A stretch of DNA of 64,000 bases from assembly GCA_030024085.1 (NCBI GenBank), contig JASEJE010000012.1, forward strand, positions 5,092 to 69,091. The letters run 5' to 3'. The notes beneath the pieces were generated by a model, which ran no database searches, was not told where the DNA came from, and worked only from the letters and a program-made list of their open reading frames with translations. The stretch comes from Bacillota bacterium (GTDB lineage Bacteria > Bacillota > SHA-98 > UBA4971). Within the stretch, counting starts at the first letter, position 1. Each line of letters begins with the position of its first letter. A program made the position numbers and the translations under genes. Below, piece by piece: positions 58,306 through 64,000 of this stretch.

Positions 58306-59553
58306 TTACCTCGACGAAGACCTGCGCCCCGCCCTTCGAATGATGCCTTTCAAGTTCTCCAGGAATGCACGGGGAAGAGACCTGCGGGGCATCCCGGTCG
58401 CCGCCACGAGGTCCACCGATGCCATCTCGTCCTTATCGAACAGGACCACCAGTCTCCCAAGGCTTTCGCCGCGCCGGACCGGCGCCTGTGGAACCCCGTC
58501 GATGAGTATTCTCTCCTCGATGAGATGGGCCAAATCATTACGCACTACAACGCGAAGATCATCCCCTGCCGCAAGGGAGATCTCGCGATCCATGCCCCCC
58601 TCAACGCGCGTTCTCGTAACCACCTGGCCCCGGGACGCAAAGCTCATTACCTTGTGGTGGCTAAACCCGTAGTCCAGCAGCTTCGCCGAGTCAGCCCACC
58701 TCGCGCCGGAATCGAGGACCACCGAGATGAAGTGCACCCCGCCCCGCGTGGCCGACGCAACCAGGCAGTACCCTGCGGCAGCGGTGGTGCCGGTCTTGAC
58801 CCCGTCGGCCCCCTCGAACGACCACAGCAGGGCGTTGGTGTTCGCCAGCTTCCGGCGCTCGAGCGCCTCGCCCTGCGTGAGCTCTATCTCTGCTTCGCGC
58901 GTGCTCACGATGTCGGCGAACAGCGGATACTGCAAGCCGTACCGTGCCATGAGCGCAAGGTCGAAGGCGGTGGAGTAGTGGTTCGGCTCGGTCAGTCCAT
59001 GAGGGTTCGCGAACCTCGTGTGCAGGGCCCCTATCTTCTGGGCCTTGATGTTCATCATCCGCACGAAGTTCGGCACTGATCCGGCGATATGCTCCGCGAT
59101 CGCGATGCAGCCGTCATTGCCCGACCTGAGCATCGTACCTCGGACGAGATCGTCCAGACGCAGCCTCTGGCCCTTGCGAAGCCACAGCGATGAGCCGGGC
59201 ACCCCTGCCGCATTGCCGCTCACGACCACCTCCGAATCCATGTCGCCGAGCTCGATGGCGAGGATCGCCGTCATGATCTTCGTGGTGCTGGCGGGGTGCA
59301 TGCGCACGTGCTCGTTCTTTCCATAAAGCACCGTCCCCGTGGTGCCCTCGATGAGGACGGCTGACGCTGCGGTCACCCACGGCCCCTCGGTGTAATAGGG
59401 CGCGTACACGACCTCCGGGTACCCGTGCGTCCTGGTGTAAAGCCGCGCCGTGGCGGCAGGCAGGATGTAGACGCTGCCCACGGACACAGCGCTGGCCAGA
59501 ACCACGGTAAACCCCACGAGCCAGTAGGCCACGATCCGCCTTGGCACGAACAC
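58306..59553 (-). CDS. D-alanyl-D-alanine carboxypeptidase (S11 family, PBP5/DacB-like)
   Basis: SxxK (ASTTK), SxN (SGND) and KTG (KTGTT) motifs, with an N-terminal TM or signal anchor. Confidence 0.9.
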   Translation of the reverse strand: MFVPRRIVAYWLVGFTVVLASAVSVGSVYILPAATARLYTRTHGYPEVVYAPYYTEGPWVTAASAVLIEGTTGTVLYGKNEHVRMHPASTTKIMTAILAIELGDMDSEVVVSGNAAGVPGSSLWLRKGQRLRLDDLVRGTMLRSGNDGCIAIAEHIAGSVPNFVRMMNIKAQKIGALHTRFANPHGLTEPNHYSTAFDLALMARYGLQYPLFADIVSTREAEIELTQGEALERRKLANTNALLWSFEGADGVKTGTTAAAGYCLVASATRGGVHFISVVLDSGARWADSAKLLDYGFSHHKVMSFASRGQVVTRTRVEGGMDREISLAAGDDLRVVVRNDLAHLIEERILIDGVPQAPVRRGESLGRLVVLFDKDEMASVDLVAATGMPRRSLPRAFLENLKGIIRRAGRRSSSR

Positions 59554-59737
59554 CTCTTGCCACCCGCTTCGGGCAGTCCTGGGTCGGCAACCTGCCCTGC
59601 ACTATCCCTATGCAAGCGGAAGGCGACGGATACCTGCTGGATCGGGCGGCGCAAACCGCATAACTCTACTCCACGTTGTCGCGTATCTGCCACCAGGGCG
59701 GGTTGCGCAGCACCTGCGGAGCGCGGGCATAGCCTCC

Positions 59738-60757
59738 TCACTCCGCGGGCGAGACCCCCAGGCCAGGCGCGTCGGCGAGCACAAGCTCGCCCCCATCCCG
59801 CACGCAAACGCCCTTCCAGGGATCGTGCGACAACAAGAGGTTTCCATCGAGGTCAGCCCAGTCGACAAGCCCGGCTATCTGGGCCGCAGCCGCGATGCTG
59901 ATAGACGTCTCTACCATGCACCCGAGCATGATCTTGAGGCCGCAGGCCCGCGCGGCCCTTATCATGCGAAGAGCGCCGGTGATGCCCCCGCACTTCATGA
60001 GCTTGATGTTGATGCCGTCCACGACCCCTGCCAGCCGGGGCACGTCCTCCCAGGTCACGGCGCTCTCATCTGCGACCACCGGCACGGCCGCCCGCTCCCG
60101 AACGAACTTCAGCCCATCCAGGTCCCAGGGAGGCACCGGCTGCTCCAGAAGTTCGACCCCGAGCGGCGCGATCTGCGCTGCGAGCGTGACAGCCTCTTTC
60201 GCCGTCCAGGCTGCGTTGGCGTCAACCCGGATCGTGGCGCCGGTACATCGCCTGATCGCCTTCACGATCTCGAGGTCGTCCGCGCTCCCGAGCTTCACCT
60301 TGAGCACGGAGAACCTCTTCGCCGCCTCGGCAGCGCGCTGCGCCATGGCGCCCGGATCGTCTATTCCGATCGTAAACGAGGTCCTCGGAAGCGCAAGACC
60401 GGAGAGGCCCAGCATACGGTGAACGGGCAGGCCGGAGAGCTTCCCGGCAAGGTCCCACATGGCCATGTCGACGGCCGCCTTGGCCGCCGGGTTGAGCCTG
60501 ATGGAGCGGTTCATCCTGTCGAACACCGCTTCTATCGCGAAGGGATCATCGCCAAGACACTCGGCCAGCCGGGGCACCGTCGCCATCACGTGTTCCGCGG
60601 ATTCCCCGTAGAACGAAGACGGTGCAGCCGCCCCCATCCCGGCTACACCATCATGGCTCAACTCCACCACCACGTTTCGAGCGATGGTCTGTGTTCCGCG
60701 GGAGATCGTAAAAGGCGTCGCGAGCGGCAACTCCACTATACGTGCAGATACTTCCAA
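59738..60757 (-). CDS. Dipeptide epimerase (L-Ala-D/L-Glu epimerase-like, enolase superfamily)
   Basis: The N-terminal capping domain is LPLATPFTISRGT. The barrel carries KVKLG, DANAAW, LEQP and ADES metal/acid-base motifs. Confidence 0.85.
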   Translation of the reverse strand: MEVSARIVELPLATPFTISRGTQTIARNVVVELSHDGVAGMGAAAPSSFYGESAEHVMATVPRLAECLGDDPFAIEAVFDRMNRSIRLNPAAKAAVDMAMWDLAGKLSGLPVHRMLGLSGLALPRTSFTIGIDDPGAMAQRAAEAAKRFSVLKVKLGSADDLEIVKAIRRCTGATIRVDANAAWTAKEAVTLAAQIAPLGVELLEQPVPPWDLDGLKFVRERAAVPVVADESAVTWEDVPRLAGVVDGINIKLMKCGGITGALRMIRAARACGLKIMLGCMVETSISIAAAAQIAGLVDWADLDGNLLLSHDPWKGVCVRDGGELVLADAPGLGVSPAE

Positions 60758-61073
60758 CAGACTCCCTCCTCTACCGCCGGATCGTTTCTACACCCGGCCG
60801 GGAACTCCTGCAGACGCGCCGCGGCATTGCGGCGCCGTTCCGGCGTTCCGCCGCTGCATCGTGCGCCATGCGCCGTTGCGCTGTGCGCCGCACACAGCTA
60901 AAGCCGCTGAGCCGCCGAACCGCGGTAGGCGCCCGGCACCGGACGCTCCCTGGATCACCCCTTTTGATCACCCATAAGCTGGCAGGACGCCGGGACCGTC
61001 CCGGCGAACCATCCCCCACATCCGGAAGCCCCCAGGGGCGCCGGGCAAAGAAATCGGAAAGGGCGGTGGTATC

Positions 61074-61640
61074 ATGAGTTCTCGTCTCATTCCCAGAGGC
61101 CTGCACAGCATCGCCGCAGCATCGGTTGTCCTCGCCATGATCGCCGTGGTCGGGCTGAGCGTCCCGACTGACGCCGGGACGTCGGACCAGGCGACGGTCC
61201 CCGTCACATGCAGGGTGCTCGCCTCGCTCGAAGCCTCATTCCCGGGGGCGGTGAGCCTGGGGGATCTCATCACAGGCGCTCCCCCAGCGTTATCGACGCC
61301 GCAAACCGTGACAGTGCGGTCCAACGCGCCATGGGCACTCAAGATCCGCTCGGATGCCCAGGACGGGCGCATGAGGCAGTGGGCCGGAACGGGCTACGCC
61401 ACGCCGGCTCCCCGGACAATGGCGGCTCCGCTCGAGTGGAAGCGGCAGGACGGCGCCGATTTCGCCCCGATCTCAGGAAGCGGGACCGTCGTCGCCGCAG
61501 GCATGCCGCCGACCGGTTCCTCGGGCGCCGCCGTGTCAGTCATCTTCAGGCAGGCAGCAAGCTATGACGACGAGGCGCTGCCCGATCCGGGGCACGCGTA
61601 CAGAATCGAAGTGACGTACGTGGCCACGCAGACCTATTGA
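61074..61640 (+). CDS. Small secreted WxL-like domain protein
   Basis: Signal peptide. Then VSLGDL...TVTVRSNAPWALKIRS (WxL-type motif) and a C-terminal AYRIEVTYVATQTY. It resembles the N-terminal domain of the partial gene at 63010. Confidence 0.65.
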   Translation: MSSRLIPRGLHSIAAASVVLAMIAVVGLSVPTDAGTSDQATVPVTCRVLASLEASFPGAVSLGDLITGAPPALSTPQTVTVRSNAPWALKIRSDAQDGRMRQWAGTGYATPAPRTMAAPLEWKRQDGADFAPISGSGTVVAAGMPPTGSSGAAVSVIFRQAASYDDEALPDPGHAYRIEVTYVATQTY

Positions 61641-61750
61641 GCGTGTGTCTGGCAACGACTGCCATGAACGCATACTCGCTGATGATCCGGATCGACGGTC
61701 TGGTTTCCGGATCTCAGACCATTAAGGACGAAGTGGAAGAGGTGATAAGC

Positions 61751-63001
61751 ATGAGCGAACCTGTGTCGAGGGCCATCTGGTTGAGCAGGGGAGCGACGGC
61801 GTTTGCCACGCTTGTCTGCGCAGGCGTCGTTTCGCTTGCCTCGCCTGGCGCGGGGTCGCAGGGCGTCTCGATCCGCGTCAGCCCCGCTAGTATAGCGACG
61901 ACGGTAAGAGACGGCGACGCGATCGGGCCGGTGCTCGTCACGAATCCAGGAACCTCCACCCTTGACGTGCGGGGGTCCTGTGAGGCGGGCGGCCATGACC
62001 ACGCGGGTGTGCCGGTGCACCAGGCTATAGAGGATCCTGGCACCGTCGGGGTGTATGTTACCCTCGACCCCGCGGAGTTCCGGCTGCCGCCAGGGGAGTC
62101 GAGGCTCGTTCGTGCCAGGGTCCACGTCAATCGCGGCTTCTCCGGGGGTGCATATCCTGTCATAGTGTTCCGGGCCAGGCAGGCCAAAGGACCGTCCCAG
62201 GGCAACATCGGCGCCAGCTCGCAGGTCGCCGTGCTCACGCTCCTGACAGTCGCGCCGCGCAGTCCGGCAGCGCGCCTGGAGGCGGAGCCCGTGCTCACCT
62301 CTCTGGCCATCGAGGAAGGCACCGAAAGGGACGGTATCCGGGTGATCGCCAGGTGCGAGAACGCAGGCAATATCCATGCAAGCTTTGCCGGAATGGTTCT
62401 CGTCAGGGATCGGGATGGCAAGGTGGTCACGCAAGCCTCGCTGGCGTCGGCCCTGTGTCTTCCGGGGTGCGTCCGTGCGCTGTCGGGCCTGGTGCACACC
62501 GCACGCCTCCGAGAGGGCACGTACATCGCGGAGGTGCGGCTCACCGGCGGCGGACGGGCCGCCGATTCCGGGATCATCGCGTTCAGGATACTCGATGGCG
62601 TCCGCGTGGCTTCCACCCGCGTCGACCTCCGGCCGAAGCCGGTGGTCCCGGAGAACGAACCCGGCACGGTCCCCAGAATAGTGCGGCTCAGCGTGCCCGC
62701 GGTCAGCGAAGGGCGCGATCTCCCCATCGAGCTGACGCTGGAGAACCCGGACGGCTCGCACCCCGATCCCCTCGGCTACGTGGAGATCTGGGACTACCAG
62801 ATGAAACGCGTGGGAGTGGTCGCCCTCGAAGGTGCGAGCGCGGCGCCGGGGAACTCCACGGTGATTCATCTCGCATGGCCTGAGGTCCTCTTGCCCGGTT
62901 ACTACACGGTCAGGGCCACCCTGCAATGGCGCAACGAACGTCTCTCGGTCTCAACGCCTTTCGTGGTGGGCGGCGGCATCACTGTCGGGAGCAAGAGGTG
63001 A
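61751..63001 (+). CDS. Secreted three-Ig-like-domain protein (DUF916/DUF3324-like, PapD-like fold suspected)
   Basis: RBS GGAAGAGGTGA and a signal peptide. It has repeated modules of the type VSPA...V.N.G...L, L.PGESR.V...V......GG.Y.VIVF, and ENAGNIH...VLVRDRDGKVV...REGTYIAEV. The ORF is open from 61637. Confidence 0.65.
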   Translation: MSEPVSRAIWLSRGATAFATLVCAGVVSLASPGAGSQGVSIRVSPASIATTVRDGDAIGPVLVTNPGTSTLDVRGSCEAGGHDHAGVPVHQAIEDPGTVGVYVTLDPAEFRLPPGESRLVRARVHVNRGFSGGAYPVIVFRARQAKGPSQGNIGASSQVAVLTLLTVAPRSPAARLEAEPVLTSLAIEEGTERDGIRVIARCENAGNIHASFAGMVLVRDRDGKVVTQASLASALCLPGCVRALSGLVHTARLREGTYIAEVRLTGGGRAADSGIIAFRILDGVRVASTRVDLRPKPVVPENEPGTVPRIVRLSVPAVSEGRDLPIELTLENPDGSHPDPLGYVEIWDYQMKRVGVVALEGASAAPGNSTVIHLAWPEVLLPGYYTVRATLQWRNERLSVSTPFVVGGGITVGSKR

Positions 63002-63009
63002 CATGGCGG

Positions 63010-64000
63010 ATGGCAACGAGGTGCAGGCGCGTGGCGTCAGTCGGAATCGTTGTGTGCATCGTGGCGGTGATGGCGTCCGCGTCCCCGGTGGCAACTTCGG
63101 GTCTTCAGCCTTTGCTCGAGATGGCGGTGGAGGCAGGAGAGGTGGACTTCGGGGAGATGAGTCCGGCTTCTTTGCCTCGCACCCTTCAGGACGCCGTCTA
63201 TATCGCGGTCAAGACGCAGAGGACAGGACCATGGAACCTTACGGTGAGGGCAACGGGCGACTTCGCAGCCGGCGAGGGCGGCGCGACTTTCCCCATCGGA
63301 AACCTCGAGGTCGCCGGGCGGTTGAACGGGCAGCCGGCGTCGTTTCAGCGCTGCAGCACGTCTCCTGTGACGCTCGTTACGAACGGGCCGGTAAGCGGAG
63401 GCGTCGTGGCCATGGATTACCGCCTGAGCGTCGGATACGATGCAGCGGTTCCAGCGAATGGAGCGCCGTACCGGAGCAGCCTGGTATACACGACGAGCTA
63501 CGGTATGCTCGCAGCGTCGTACGTGGATCCGAACCCTTTCGACCCCGCCATCCACCCGACCGTCGCGATAAAGTACTACTACTCCCGGCTTGCGTACCCG
63601 TATGTCAACGTGCGGATCACCGACTCCCAGGGAAAGGCGGTCTATACCAGGTCCTTTTCCAGACCCCCGGATGGATGGTACGTGGAAACCTGGGACGGCA
63701 GGAGTAGTGACGGCCAGGTGGTCCCTGACGGCATATACTCGTACTCGATCACTGCGTCCATCTACATAGTGGCCGGGGGCTACATCAGAGTTCAACGCAG
63801 TCCGCGAGGAGCATCGACACATGACAGCACGGGTGAGCAGCGCCCCGGCACGTTCCTCCAGCTCTCGGCCCTGGCCCGCCCGGTATCCGCCGCCGTCGGG
63901 GACATCGTGGCAATTGGCGTTTCACTTACGAACACGGGCCCGCTCGACCTTGCCAACGTGAAAGTGACTTTCGTACTCCCTCCGGGCCTTCGCCCTGTGC
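63010..64000 (+). CDS. Large surface protein, partial: WxL-like domain, FlgD-Ig-like domain, then a DUF11-like repeat. It runs off the window, so it is absent from the ORF track.
   Basis: Manual translation gives MATRCRRVASVGIVVCIVAVMASASPVA...GEVDFGEM...KTQRTGPWNLTVRATGDF...YRSSLVYTTSY...NPFDPAIHPTVAIKYYY...VRITDSQGKAVYTRSF..DGWYVETWDGRSSDGQVVPDGIYSYSI...DIVAIGVSLTNTGPLDLANVKVTFVLPPGL. There is no stop before position 64000. An alternative GTG start at 62998 overlaps the upstream stop. Confidence 0.7.
   Translation, partial: MATRCRRVASVGIVVCIVAVMASASPVATSGLQPLLEMAVEAGEVDFGEMSPASLPRTLQDAVYIAVKTQRTGPWNLTVRATGDFAAGEGGATFPIGNLEVAGRLNGQPASFQRCSTSPVTLVTNGPVSGGVVAMDYRLSVGYDAAVPANGAPYRSSLVYTTSYGMLAASYVDPNPFDPAIHPTVAIKYYYSRLAYPYVNVRITDSQGKAVYTRSFSRPPDGWYVETWDGRSSDGQVVPDGIYSYSITASIYIVAGGYIRVQRSPRGASTHDSTGEQRPGTFLQLSALARPVSAAVGDIVAIGVSLTNTGPLDLANVKVTFVLPPGLRPV

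Noticed and set aside
63003-63822. ORFs 63003-63707 (plus) and 63037-63822 (minus).
   Set aside because: Both have Arg-rich wrong-frame composition. A different plus-strand frame (from 63010) gives a signal peptide and recognisable WxL-like, FlgD-Ig-like and DUF11-like domains, and stays open to the window end.

Overview
High-GC (roughly 60-65% by eye), densely coding bacterial chromosome segment. The gene order is Bacillota-like: the class III heat-shock operon ctsR-mcsA-mcsB-clpC, then radA-disA-(carD)-yacL-like PIN/TRAM-ispDF. By inference this is a high-GC Firmicute lineage such as Limnochordia, Symbiobacteria or Thermaerobacter; I cannot verify that without a search.

Most genes are on the minus strand. 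Recognisable content:
- Housekeeping genes: rho, pyrG, argS, trxB, ogt, and a nine-gene V-type ATPase operon.
- Two peptide-type ABC importer loci.
- An ECF sigma/anti-sigma module.
- A cAMP module: CHASE2 adenylate cyclase, FecR-domain protein, CRP-type regulator.
- c-di-AMP components: DisA and a DarA/PstA-like receptor.
- A peptidoglycan-peptide recycling pair: an S11 carboxypeptidase and a dipeptide epimerase.
- A WxL/Csc-like surface-protein cluster that runs off the 3' edge.

I saw no rRNA, tRNA, CRISPR array, transposase or integrase.

The most unusual signals are noncoding:
1. Two ~580-bp direct copies lie exactly 39,881 bp apart and in register. Each is an array of 15 phased 14-bp boxes spaced ~30.5 bp apart. 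Alternate boxes have a palindromic GTGA-N6-TCAC core, the same core as the CRP box I find in the cAMP operon's own intergenic region. The local regulator carries the CRP-type RETVTR recognition helix.
2. A family of ~190-210-bp long-hairpin palindromic intergenic elements has at least five copies. One cluster of them sits inside an ABC operon.

Protein-level oddities are a circularly permuted family-5 solute-binding protein, and a Yip1 membrane domain fused to a signal-peptidase-I-like domain that lacks the catalytic Lys, encoded behind the ECF sigma/anti-sigma pair.

All family assignments come from motif recognition by eye and memory. No database search was run.
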